From NCBI GenBank assembly GCA_963760795.1, contig CAVXEP010000010.1:32001-96000 (forward strand): DNA of 64,000 nucleotides, written 5' to 3'. The position numbers were made by a program, and so were the translations under genes. Source of the stretch: an uncultured delta proteobacterium (GTDB taxonomy: Bacteria > Desulfobacterota > Binatia > UBA9968). The notes below the pieces were generated by a model that was not told the origin of the DNA, ran no database searches, and worked only from the letters and a program-made list of their open reading frames with translations. Position 1 is the stretch's first letter. Each line of letters opens with the position of its first letter. This document shows, piece by piece, positions 41,487-50,909 of this stretch.

Positions 41487-43394
41487 ATGGCGAATTCCGA
41501 ATACTCAAACTTTTTCCCGGCGAAACGCAAAACCCGTTTGCCCGGCGGCTACATGGGGAAACTGCTGCGCGTCGATATGACGACGGGGAAACTCACCGAC
41601 ATCAATCTTCCCGAAGAACCGCTGTTAAGAAAATATTGGGGCGGCCAACTCTTCGCCGAATATGTCCTGCTCAACGAACTGCCCCTCGGCATCGATCCCT
41701 ACGATGCCCGCAACGTCATCGTCGGCATGACTGGTCCAATCACCGGCACTGGGTTCACTCCCGGCGGCACCAAGATGTGTTTCGTCTATTTGAGCCCGGC
41801 GACCAAGTACACCCTCGGCCGCGGCGCCACCAGCGGCTATTTTGGCACGTCGTTAAAATGCGCCGGCTATGACGGCATCATCGTCACCGGCGCGGCGCAG
41901 ACGCCCAAGTATCTTTACATCGGCGAAGACAAAGTCGAGTTGCGCGATGCGAGCAAGGTCTGGGGCAAGGGCATCCGCGAGACAGAAGACACCCTGCGCA
42001 AAGAATCCGGCCATCAGGATGCGCGCGTCGGCGCCATTGGTCCCGCCGGTGAAAACCTGGTGCGCGCGGCGATGCTGGTCAACGACTACAATCACACCGC
42101 GGCGCACGGGTTGGGCGCGGTGATGGGCTCGAAGAAACTGAAAGCCTTGGTCGCCTGGGGCACCAAGCGGCCGCGCTTGCATGACAAAAACAGATTGATC
42201 GACGCCGGCGTGCGCTGGTCCAAAACGATCGCGTCGCGCAAGACCACCGTGAAGAAGCGGCTCACCAGCGTCGGCCATGGCGAGGACTGGGGCGCGATTA
42301 CCAAGTTGAACTGGCGCAGCACGATCATCACCGACGAAGCCAAAGGCCTCGATCAGAATCGCGTCACGCTCCGTCCCTGCTTTCAATGCCCGCGCATGTG
42401 CCCGTGGGATGTCGAGATCGGCGAAGGCCGCTTCAAAGGCAAGATCGGCCACTTCAACGCCGGCAGCGAGTGGATGGACACGTTTTACAACTTGGGTTTC
42501 AAGGGCAACGACGTGCTTTATCTCTCCGAGCGCATCAACGACCTTGGCATCGAGTGCAGCCACTTCGCCTGCGGCGCGGGGCTCGCTTTCGAAGCCTGGG
42601 AGAAAGGCGTGCTCGGCGCCGACAAGACCGACGGTTTGAAGTTGGAATGGGGCAACATGGAAGCGGTCGAGACCTTGCTCGAGCGCTGCGCCCGGCGCGA
42701 GACCTGGCTCGGCAATATTCTCGCCGACGGCCCCAAAGAGCTGGCCGAAGAGCTAGGCGGCGAAGCGAAGAACTGGGTGGTGCACACCAAAGGCGGCACT
42801 CCGGCGCAGCATGAGTGGCGCCCGATGCTGAGCCAAATGCTGCGCGAACTGGTCGCCAGCGGCGGCATGAAACCTCAAGGCGCCGGTGGCACCGAACCGC
42901 CCGCCGATCTCAAGTATCGCGAAAAATGGGGTCCACTCGATCCCAATCAACCGGACGGTTGGACCAGCTCGCATTTAATTACCGAGCAGGTTCGCCAAGC
43001 TTGCGGCATCATGGGCGCTTGCTGGTTTGCATTAAACGACAAGCCGCGCGACGGGGTGCAAAGCATGCTCGACGCGCTCAACGCGACCACCGGTTGGAAC
43101 GTCAGTTTGGACGAACTCGTCGATGCCGGCCACCGCGCGATTATTTTACAGAGCGTCTTCGGCACCCAGCGCGGCTGGATCGCCGAGCATGACTGGCAAG
43201 ATGTCGGCCCGCGATTTTTGGAACCGATCCCCGACGGCAAGTACAAAGGCTTCACCATCGCCAAGTGGCTGCCGGAGTTAGTTTACGAATATTACAAAAT
43301 CTCCGGCCGCCACGAACACACCGGCCGGCCGTTCGTGGACACGCTGCAAAAGTTGGGGCTCGAAGAGTTTAAAGAGTGGAGCCAACTCGATTAA
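41487..43394 (+). CDS. Divergent AOR/WOR-family oxidoreductase, paralog B
   Basis: Colinear with paralog A; GAVMGSKKLKA, CFQCPRMC and GACWF motifs; identical C-terminus EWSQLD. Confidence 0.88.
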   Translation: MANSEYSNFFPAKRKTRLPGGYMGKLLRVDMTTGKLTDINLPEEPLLRKYWGGQLFAEYVLLNELPLGIDPYDARNVIVGMTGPITGTGFTPGGTKMCFVYLSPATKYTLGRGATSGYFGTSLKCAGYDGIIVTGAAQTPKYLYIGEDKVELRDASKVWGKGIRETEDTLRKESGHQDARVGAIGPAGENLVRAAMLVNDYNHTAAHGLGAVMGSKKLKALVAWGTKRPRLHDKNRLIDAGVRWSKTIASRKTTVKKRLTSVGHGEDWGAITKLNWRSTIITDEAKGLDQNRVTLRPCFQCPRMCPWDVEIGEGRFKGKIGHFNAGSEWMDTFYNLGFKGNDVLYLSERINDLGIECSHFACGAGLAFEAWEKGVLGADKTDGLKLEWGNMEAVETLLERCARRETWLGNILADGPKELAEELGGEAKNWVVHTKGGTPAQHEWRPMLSQMLRELVASGGMKPQGAGGTEPPADLKYREKWGPLDPNQPDGWTSSHLITEQVRQACGIMGACWFALNDKPRDGVQSMLDALNATTGWNVSLDELVDAGHRAIILQSVFGTQRGWIAEHDWQDVGPRFLEPIPDGKYKGFTIAKWLPELVYEYYKISGRHEHTGRPFVDTLQKLGLEEFKEWSQLD

Positions 43395-43415
43395 GCCGAT
43401 CCACGAGGAGACAAA

Positions 43416-44405
43416 ATGCGAGCGGTTAAATTTTCAACTCTAATGTTGCTCTTATTATTTTTTGCCGCAGCCCTGGAGCCGTACGCGCATGCGCAGACAT
43501 TGAAAAAAGTCCGCATGGCGAGCTCGTCGACCAACGTCTCGTTCCTCGCTCTCTACACCGCGCTCCATCGCGGCTTTTTCAAGGACGAAGGCATCGACCT
43601 GGAAATCATTTTTATGCCGGCCAACCTAGCCAGCACGGCGGTTTTGAACGGCGACGTCGACTTCAACGGCGCCGTCACTGGCACCATCGGCGCCGCAGTC
43701 CAAGGCCGGCCGATGAAAGTCTTGCTCTTCACCGTATCGAAACCATTGCTGTTCTTGATGGGCCAGAAAAACATTAAGGACTTGAAGCAGCTCAAAGGCA
43801 AGAAAATCGCCGGCAGTTCGCCCGGCGGCTCGGCGACGCTACTCGCCAATCAGGCGCTCAAACAAATCGGACTGGAGCCCGGCAAGGACGTTTCGGTCCT
43901 GCAAATGTCCGGCAACGCCGCGAGCCGACTCGCCGTATTGGAATCCGGGGTCGTCGAGGCATCGCTGATATCCGTGCCGGAAAACATCATCGCCCAAGAA
44001 AAGGGTTATAACGAATTACTTTTTCTCGGCGACGTCATCGAATTTCCCCAGAACGGCTTCGGAACTTCGGACAAACGCATCCGCGAAAACCCTGACGAAG
44101 TTTACCGCATGGTACGCGCCACGTTGCGCGGCCTGCAATTCGTCTGGGATAAAAACAACCAGGAAGCGGTCACCAACATTCTGATGAAACAATGGAAAGT
44201 AAACGACCGCAAGATGGCCGCGGAAATGTCGCGCCAAGTCGGACGCGTGCTAACCAAAGACGCCTACGTCAAACCCGAGTCGGTGCAAGTGCTCATCGAC
44301 CTCGCCCGCGACAGCGCGAAGGTCACCAAGCCGGTTACCGTCGCTGAAGTCGTCGACTACAGTTTCTTGGACAAGGCGAGAAAAGAATTGGGAATCGGGA
44401 AATAA
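43416..44405 (+). CDS. NMT1/SsuA-like substrate-binding protein
   Basis: Signal peptide AHA; GFFKDEGIDLE, LKGKKIAGSS and VDYSFL motifs. Confidence 0.87.
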   Translation: MRAVKFSTLMLLLLFFAAALEPYAHAQTLKKVRMASSSTNVSFLALYTALHRGFFKDEGIDLEIIFMPANLASTAVLNGDVDFNGAVTGTIGAAVQGRPMKVLLFTVSKPLLFLMGQKNIKDLKQLKGKKIAGSSPGGSATLLANQALKQIGLEPGKDVSVLQMSGNAASRLAVLESGVVEASLISVPENIIAQEKGYNELLFLGDVIEFPQNGFGTSDKRIRENPDEVYRMVRATLRGLQFVWDKNNQEAVTNILMKQWKVNDRKMAAEMSRQVGRVLTKDAYVKPESVQVLIDLARDSAKVTKPVTVAEVVDYSFLDKARKELGIGK

Positions 44406-44408
44406 CCG

Positions 44409-44432
44409 GTAGGGGCGCAGCATGCTGCGCCC
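44409..44432. repeat. GTAG-type REP palindrome
   Basis: GTAG followed by the perfect palindrome GGGCGCAGCATGCTGCGCCC, between convergent genes. Confidence 0.7.
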
Positions 44433-44434
44433 GG

Positions 44435-45460
44435 TCAAAGCAGCGGATCGATAATCACCTTGATCGAATCCTGCCCGCTCGCCGTCAGTTGAAAACCCAC
44501 ACCCGTCTCCGCCAGCGGCAATCGGTGCGTCACCATGTCGGCAACCCGCACTTTGCGATCACTGATCAGTTCCAACGATTCTTTCAAATCGTCGCCGCTG
44601 CCGGCGTAAGAGGTAACCACGGTGATTTCATCGCGCCAGAAATCGAACAGCGGAATTGGCGCATCGACGCCCGCCGCGGTGGGCGCAAAGAAAAGCAACG
44701 TGCCGCCGCGATCGATCGATTTCGTCGCCTGCTGAATCGCCGGCATGGCGCCCGTGCAAACGATCACCAGGTCGGCCAGGCGGCCGTCGTTGAATTCTTT
44801 TAGCCGCGCCGGCACGTCTTCCGCGCCGTGAATCGTCGCATCGGCGCCGAACTGTTTGGCCGCATTCAATCGATAGTCGCTGATATCGGTGGCGACAACG
44901 CGAGCCGCACCGCACGCCTTGGCGAGCTGAACGTGCAGCAAGCCTGAAATGCCGCTGCCGATCACCAAAACCGTCTGCCCAGCTCGGAGCTTGGCGAACC
45001 GCTGCGCCCGCACGACGCACGCCAACGGCTCAATAAACGAGCCCTCATCGAAGGTCATCGAATCGGGGATGCGCAACGTCCCCAACTCGACGTTAATCTT
45101 CGGTACACGAATGTACTCGGCAAAGCCGCCAGGCTCAAAGTGTGTCGTGCGCAACAGGTCGCAAACCGATTGATGCCCGGCCAAACAATAGCGGCACTTG
45201 CCGCACGGCACATGGTGAGTGGCGAAAACCCTATCGCCGACCTTAAACGTATCGACGCCCGCGCCCAGTTTTACGACTTCGGCGGTAATCTCATGGCCCA
45301 GAACCAGCGGTGCCTTCTTGACGCGATACCACTCCATCAAGTCGCTACCGCAAACCCCGCTCGCCCGCGTACGCAAGAGCAATTCGCCGGGACCGATCTT
45401 CGGAACCGGTAGTTCTTCGAGACGAACATCCCGATTGTTGTAGTACATCGCGACCCGCAT
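44435..45460 (-). CDS. Zn-dependent MDR dehydrogenase (sorbitol/L-iditol dehydrogenase-like)
   Basis: GVCGSD, GHE, CGKCRYC...C, IEPLAC and GSGISG motifs. Confidence 0.9.
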   Translation of the reverse strand: MRVAMYYNNRDVRLEELPVPKIGPGELLLRTRASGVCGSDLMEWYRVKKAPLVLGHEITAEVVKLGAGVDTFKVGDRVFATHHVPCGKCRYCLAGHQSVCDLLRTTHFEPGGFAEYIRVPKINVELGTLRIPDSMTFDEGSFIEPLACVVRAQRFAKLRAGQTVLVIGSGISGLLHVQLAKACGAARVVATDISDYRLNAAKQFGADATIHGAEDVPARLKEFNDGRLADLVIVCTGAMPAIQQATKSIDRGGTLLFFAPTAAGVDAPIPLFDFWRDEITVVTSYAGSGDDLKESLELISDRKVRVADMVTHRLPLAETGVGFQLTASGQDSIKVIIDPLL

Positions 45461-45499
45461 GTTCATTGTCTGTGGTATAAGTTGCAACGGCGCTTCTTG

Positions 45500-46303
45500 T
45501 CAGCTCGCCTTCCTCGTCTTGCCACTCTTCTCACTCTCATAAATCTTGAAAGCCTCCTTGACGGAAACATTCTCATGCACGATCGCGCGCACGGCTTTGA
45601 TCATTCCAACCGGTGAATCGGACTGGAAGATATTGCGACCCATGTCGACGCCTACCGCGCCACCTTTGACGGCGTTGTAAGTTAGCTCTAAGGCTTCCAC
45701 CTCCGGCGTCTTCTTGCCGCCGGCGACGATGACCGGGATCGGGCAGCTGCCGATCAGCTCTTCGAAATTATCGCAATGGTAGGTCTTGACGATGTGCGCA
45801 CCCATCTCGGCGGCGATGCGGCAGGACAGGCCGAGATAGCGCACGTCCCGCGCCATGTCCTTGCCTACTGCGGTAACCGCGAGCACGGGGATGCCGTACT
45901 TCTCGCCTTCGTCGACCAACTTAGCCAAGCTGACTAAAGTCTCTTTCTCGAACTCCGAGCCGACGAAAATCGACAACGCGATCGCCGAGACATTGAGCCG
46001 AATGCACTCTTCGATCGACACGGTAATATCTTCGTTGGATAATTCTTTCAAAATGCTCGTACCACCCGAGACGCGTAGCACGATCGGCTTGTCCGCTTTG
46101 GTGTCCACCGAGGTACGCAACACACCGCGCGTCAGCATGATCGAGTCGGCGTGCGGCATCAACGGTTCGATGGTTTTGCGCGGCTCTTCCAAACCGCTGG
46201 TCGGTCCAAGAAAGTAGCCGTGGTCGACGGCGAGCATCACCGCCCGTCCATCCGGCTTGATAATGCGCGCCAAACGATTTGCCATTCCCCAGTTCATCGA
46301 CAT
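45500..46303 (-). CDS. lsrF: LsrF-family thiolase / class I aldolase
   Basis: MNWGMANRL, DHGYFLGPTSGLE, IVKTY, VAGGKK and GVDMGRNIFQ motifs. Confidence 0.88.
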   Translation of the reverse strand: MSMNWGMANRLARIIKPDGRAVMLAVDHGYFLGPTSGLEEPRKTIEPLMPHADSIMLTRGVLRTSVDTKADKPIVLRVSGGTSILKELSNEDITVSIEECIRLNVSAIALSIFVGSEFEKETLVSLAKLVDEGEKYGIPVLAVTAVGKDMARDVRYLGLSCRIAAEMGAHIVKTYHCDNFEELIGSCPIPVIVAGGKKTPEVEALELTYNAVKGGAVGVDMGRNIFQSDSPVGMIKAVRAIVHENVSVKEAFKIYESEKSGKTRKAS

Positions 46304-46441
46304 ACTTGCCTCCTAAGCTCAGAAATTGAATGGCCAAAAGCTATCACAAATCGATTTTGAATGTGAATCCTCGCCACGGTGGAATTTGACACTGCAGCCG
46401 GAGAGATATAATTTGACGCGAACAGAGCCCGAGGAGGAATT

Positions 46442-46861
46442 ATGCCGATTGAAATCGTCGATATGGTCAAGAAGGCCGGCGAAGGCAAACGCCAAGTCAT
46501 CTTCAACACCAACAAGTTACACGCCTGGGTGCATGTTTACCCCAAGCCCGGGGACGCCGACGACATGCACTGCCACAACGCCGACCAAACATTCTATGTA
46601 ATCGATGGCGAATGCACCATGCATTTTCCCGACGGCGGCAAGGCGGTCATGACACCGGGCAAGGTGGCAACCATCACCGGCGGCTCGTTCTATCAGTTAG
46701 AGAATACCGGCTCCGGTCCGATGGTGCTCATGGGCAACCGCTCCGGACCTTCGGGAGCGATCCAACATATCAATTACGAGTTGCGCAAGGACATCAAGAC
46801 TCTACCCAAAGAGGAAATGGACAAGATTCGCCATCCCGGCAACGTGCGCATCGCCGGATAG
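46442..46861 (+). CDS. Cupin-domain protein
   Basis: MHCHNADQTFYVIDGE...LENTG; SD GAGGAGG. Confidence 0.85.
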   Translation: MPIEIVDMVKKAGEGKRQVIFNTNKLHAWVHVYPKPGDADDMHCHNADQTFYVIDGECTMHFPDGGKAVMTPGKVATITGGSFYQLENTGSGPMVLMGNRSGPSGAIQHINYELRKDIKTLPKEEMDKIRHPGNVRIAG

Positions 46862-46884
46862 ATAATCGAACTCAATTCGCTAAA

Positions 46885-47763
46885 TTAGTCTTCGACTTCG
46901 GTGTGCAAACGGCCCAACGGCCAAACATAGCGCACACCGAGGCCGAACAAGATCAACCCGCCGCCCCAAACCGTCGCCGTCGACGGCAACTCGCCAACGA
47001 TTAGGGCAACCCACAGCGGATTGAGCACCGGCTCGATCAATGCGATCAGCGATGCCTCCGGCAACGACACCGTCTGCAGCCCCTTCGAAAAGAGATAATA
47101 AGGCGCACCGAGCTGCACCGCCCCCATGACGGCGAGAATCATCGCCTGATTCATCGTCAACGCCAGCTGGGCTTGAACAAACCAGAAGAGCAACAACGCG
47201 CAGACGAGATTGTTGACCCAAGTCAAATACACCGGATCGATACCTTTCGTGCGTTGCAGGTTGATCATGTAACCGGCGAACAGCAGGCCGCTAACCAATG
47301 CAAGCACGACACCCACCATCTCTGGCTCGCCGGCGCTATCGAGTGAAATGATGCCAATGCCGATCATCGCCACCGCCAGGGCGAATAGATTGGCTTTGGC
47401 GATTTTTTCCCGCATAACCAGCCACGAAAACAAAAACACGAAGATAGGGGCCGTATACTGGAGCACGATGGCATTAGCAGCACTGGTCAGTTTATTGGCC
47501 GAGACAAACGCGCTGATCGCCGCGGTGTAAGTCAGCACCGACACGAGAACCGTGCCGTTGCAGCGAAAATCACGCCGCTTCAGAAACGGCATGAATACCA
47601 GGGCGGCGAACAGACTGCGGTAGAAAACGATCACCAGTGGGTGGAGGTCCAGGAACTTAATGAAAACCCCAGCCAGACTCCAGAGGATCGCGGCGGCGAG
47701 GATAACCAGCCGGCCGGGCTCGATGCCAAATGGCGCAGGCGGGTTGGCTGCTGTGGATCCCAT
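46885..47763 (-). CDS. EamA/DMT-family transporter
   Basis: About 10 TM segments; ANAIVLQYTAP and LIEPVLNPLW motifs. Confidence 0.88.
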   Translation of the reverse strand: MGSTAANPPAPFGIEPGRLVILAAAILWSLAGVFIKFLDLHPLVIVFYRSLFAALVFMPFLKRRDFRCNGTVLVSVLTYTAAISAFVSANKLTSAANAIVLQYTAPIFVFLFSWLVMREKIAKANLFALAVAMIGIGIISLDSAGEPEMVGVVLALVSGLLFAGYMINLQRTKGIDPVYLTWVNNLVCALLLFWFVQAQLALTMNQAMILAVMGAVQLGAPYYLFSKGLQTVSLPEASLIALIEPVLNPLWVALIVGELPSTATVWGGGLILFGLGVRYVWPLGRLHTEVED

Positions 47764-47920
47764 TGGCAAATACTTCGTATCCTCAGGCTACAGCCTGGTG
47801 TGGTTGGCGCAACTCGATAACACGCCTGCACATCTGCGAGCCAGCACAAACAAAAATGGGATGGGACGCAGATGCGCCCACCCCATGGTGATCGAACAGA
47901 TGATTGGATTATGAATACGC

Positions 47921-48367
47921 CTAGCTGTCGGCCACCACCGACACTTTGAGCGTTACCGTGAGATCCGCCGATAACCTGACCGGCACGTCGTAGTCGCCGG
48001 CGACCTTGATCGATTCGTTCAAATGAATCTTGCGCCGGTCGACGACCAGACCTTTGGCCTTCAGCGCCTTTTCGATCTGCATGTTGGTCACCGAACCGAA
48101 GAGCTTGCCTTCTTCGCCGACCTTCATCGGAATGACCAGCGACACGCCGGCCAATTGATCGCCCACCGCTTGAGCTTGGCGCAGCACCTTGGTTTTCTGA
48201 TCGGTGATGATTTTTTTTGCATGCTCGAAGGTCTTCAAATTTTTCTTGTTGGCCTCCAGCACCAGACCGCGCGGCAGTAAGAAATTCCGCGCGTAACCGT
48301 CGCGCACGCGCACGACTTCGCCGATCTTGCCGACGTTGGCGATATCTTCTTTGAGAATAACTTCCAT
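47921..48367 (-). CDS. rplI: 50S ribosomal protein L9
   Basis: MEVILKEDI, GYARNFLLP and GKLFGSVT motifs. Confidence 0.97.
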   Translation of the reverse strand: MEVILKEDIANVGKIGEVVRVRDGYARNFLLPRGLVLEANKKNLKTFEHAKKIITDQKTKVLRQAQAVGDQLAGVSLVIPMKVGEEGKLFGSVTNMQIEKALKAKGLVVDRRKIHLNESIKVAGDYDVPVRLSADLTVTLKVSVVADS

Positions 48368-48377
48368 GGTTCCTCCG

Positions 48378-49331
48378 CTAGGACGCTTGGCTCGGAGTGA
48401 GGTTGTCTTTACCCAAGCGGCGAAAATCGCCCCATAGGTCGAACAGCCCCAGCCCAATAACCATCAGCGTAAAGATTTGTTGAAATACGATCAAGATATA
48501 GGTAATGCCGCGCAGAAACCGCGGCACGTTGTTTTTGTGAAAAAAAAACGCGATCACCGCCAACCCCTGGACGAAGTAAAAAGCGCCAACGATCAACAAC
48601 AGATTCATGGCGATCAGACGCGCGAGATCGGCAACCGGAAAAAACAGGCTAAAGCCGCTTGCGATCAACCCCCAGACCAGCGGTTCCGGCGCTTTCCAAT
48701 CGCGGAAATTTTCGATCGCGAACCATGCGCTCCGGCGCTCGGGAAAACGGCGCCGCAGCGAAAGCAGATTGATCAAGGCGATAATCGCAAAGGTCAAAAA
48801 CAGCAACCCCGGGAGGAGCTGTAAAGTCATCTCGATCAACTGTGGCATTCTTTCTTTTACCAGTTCCAAGCTTTCCTTGGAGAAACCTAGCTGTTCCTGC
48901 ATGCGCGTCGCTGCCGCGAACTGTTGGGTCAATCCAGCGCGGAAATCTCCCGCCAGCGCCGCCCAAGAGCCGAAAAAGTAGCGGGCCGCGCCGAGCGCCC
49001 AAATAAACATCGCCGTGGCCGCGCCGACGACAAGATACTCAACCCTACGCAGCCGCCCGACCAGCGACAACAGCACTCCCGCCAGGACGGCGAATACGCC
49101 GTACAGCAAGCTCAGCTCGACGCCACCAAAGATCGCCAACAGCAAGAGCGCGACGAGTACCACGCCGAGGCCATAGCCAATGCCGTATTTAACGCCAAAC
49201 AACAGCACCGGTTGGACGACAAACGGCAACAGTAGCGCGCCGATGGGCGGCAGACTGATGCCGCTCATGAACAAAAACACGCTCAGGGCTAGCGCCAATA
49301 GAAACCGGGTAATGACTTCTAGCCGCTGCAT
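48378..49331 (-). CDS. YybS/DUF2232 membrane protein
   Basis: Multiple TM segments; QGLAV and GLFDLWGDFRR motifs; typical position between rpsR and rplI. Confidence 0.85.
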   Translation of the reverse strand: MQRLEVITRFLLALALSVFLFMSGISLPPIGALLLPFVVQPVLLFGVKYGIGYGLGVVLVALLLLAIFGGVELSLLYGVFAVLAGVLLSLVGRLRRVEYLVVGAATAMFIWALGAARYFFGSWAALAGDFRAGLTQQFAAATRMQEQLGFSKESLELVKERMPQLIEMTLQLLPGLLFLTFAIIALINLLSLRRRFPERRSAWFAIENFRDWKAPEPLVWGLIASGFSLFFPVADLARLIAMNLLLIVGAFYFVQGLAVIAFFFHKNNVPRFLRGITYILIVFQQIFTLMVIGLGLFDLWGDFRRLGKDNLTPSQAS

Positions 49332-49354
49332 GGGTGTTGGGCAGAGAAACGAAT

Positions 49355-49648
49355 TTAGTTGTTGGCGGTAGTAAACGGCAGCAAGGCAATGCTGCGCGCG
49401 CGCTTGACCGCGGTCGTCAGCAGCCGCTGATGGCGCGCGCAATTGCCGGTGATCCGGCTCGGCGTCATCTTGCCGCGTTCGCTGACGAAGGAAGAAATCG
49501 TCCGCAGATCCTTATAATCGATCCGCAGACTTTTGTCGGCGCAAAAACGACAAACCTTGCGCCGGAACATCGGCCGGCGACGCTGGCCGCCCTTGTCTTC
49601 ATCGGACCGCTCGCGGCTAGGTCTCGGGCTCCGTTCGTACTGTGCCAT
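49355..49648 (-). CDS. rpsR: 30S ribosomal protein S18 (Cys-containing form)
   Basis: [24 protein letters not shown] and ARSIALLP motifs. Confidence 0.97.
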   Translation of the reverse strand: MAQYERSPRPSRERSDEDKGGQRRRPMFRRKVCRFCADKSLRIDYKDLRTISSFVSERGKMTPSRITGNCARHQRLLTTAVKRARSIALLPFTTANN

Positions 49649-49807
49649 AAATTACGCTACCTCTTATTTCGTCTTGCTCTTCCTAGCCGTGGATCTATTC
49701 ATGCGACTGGAAGTCCAACCATTTGGCGAAAGCGGGCGACTATCCTGAATTCGAGTGATTGGCAAATCAAAGCCAACCTCACGCAACCCGCGGGATGCCA
49801 CGCCGAT

Positions 49808-50254
49808 CTAGGCTGAGGGTTCGCGGTCGCCCCCACGCGACCTATTATCGTCGTAGTTCCGTCTGTCGTCGTAGTTTCTTCTGTCGTCGTAGTTTCGCCG
49901 CGGCGGTTCATCGCTATACACCCGTGGCGCCGACGGACTGGTCATCGGGCTATCCTCTACCGCTCGCGTCGTCAGGTAGCGCAGTATGCCGTCGGTGAGC
50001 TTGAGATTACGCTCGAGCTCGGCAACCGCCTTGCCGGTGGCCTTGTAACGCATCAAGGTATAGAAACCCTTGCCTTGTTTTTCGATGCGATAGGCGAGAT
50101 CGCGCAGTCCCCATTCTTCGACCTGCACGATGGTACCCTCTTGACCTTCGACAACCTTGTTGAATCGTTCGATAAATTCTTTATTTCTCGGACCTTTTTC
50201 CGGATGCACGACAAAAAGAGTTTCGTATAATGTTACCGTATTACTACCCTCCAC
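49808..50254 (-). CDS. rpsF: 30S ribosomal protein S6 with a repetitive C-terminal tail
   Basis: YETLFV, WGLRDLAYRI and ILRYL motifs; tail (RRNYDD)x3. Confidence 0.95.
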   Translation of the reverse strand: MEGSNTVTLYETLFVVHPEKGPRNKEFIERFNKVVEGQEGTIVQVEEWGLRDLAYRIEKQGKGFYTLMRYKATGKAVAELERNLKLTDGILRYLTTRAVEDSPMTSPSAPRVYSDEPPRRNYDDRRNYDDRRNYDDNRSRGGDREPSA

Positions 50255-50289
50255 AGGAAAATTGTCTATTTAACATACGCACTTGGCGT

Positions 50290-50874
50290 TTACAATGTGC
50301 CGTTTTCGTCAACCGCTCGATTATAAACACCCATGGCCGCCGCCGCGCCCTCATGAATCAGACAGCCAAGCGCAGCCGCGGAGCGTTCGATGGCCGTGGA
50401 CAGATCGGCCATTTCAGCTGCACCGAAGGGCGCGAGCACATGGTCGATCGCAACCGTCCCTTCGGGCGGACGGCCAATACCGATGCGGATACGGTTAAAC
50501 GGCACACCGCCTAAATGCTCGATGATCGAACTGACACCGCGATGGCCGCCGGCGCTACCCTTGGTGCGAATCCTGATCCGGCCCAGCGGCAAATCCAGGT
50601 CATCGTAGATGACCACTAAATCCGCCGCCGTTACTCCATACTGTTGGAGCAGCGCGGCCACCGCCACGCCGCTGCGGTTCATGAAAGTCTCCGGCTTGGC
50701 CAATAGCAACGACTCTTCGTGGCTTTTCCCCAGTCCAAGCAGGGCATCGCATCGATGCTGATCCAGAATGATGTGGTGCTGCTGCGCCAAGCTGTCGATA
50801 ACTAGGAAACCGATATTATGCCGCGTGCCGTCGTACTTGCTTCCTGGATTCCCTAGGCCAACGACGATTTTCAC
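50290..50874 (-). CDS. pth: Peptidyl-tRNA hydrolase
   Basis: GLGNPG, TRHNIG, FMNRSG, DDLDLP, GGHRG and RIGIGRP motifs. Confidence 0.97.
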   Translation of the reverse strand: MKIVVGLGNPGSKYDGTRHNIGFLVIDSLAQQHHIILDQHRCDALLGLGKSHEESLLLAKPETFMNRSGVAVAALLQQYGVTAADLVVIYDDLDLPLGRIRIRTKGSAGGHRGVSSIIEHLGGVPFNRIRIGIGRPPEGTVAIDHVLAPFGAAEMADLSTAIERSAAALGCLIHEGAAAAMGVYNRAVDENGTL

Positions 50875-50909
50875 ACAGCCAATCTCGAAGAAAGCGCAAG
50901 ACCAGCCGC

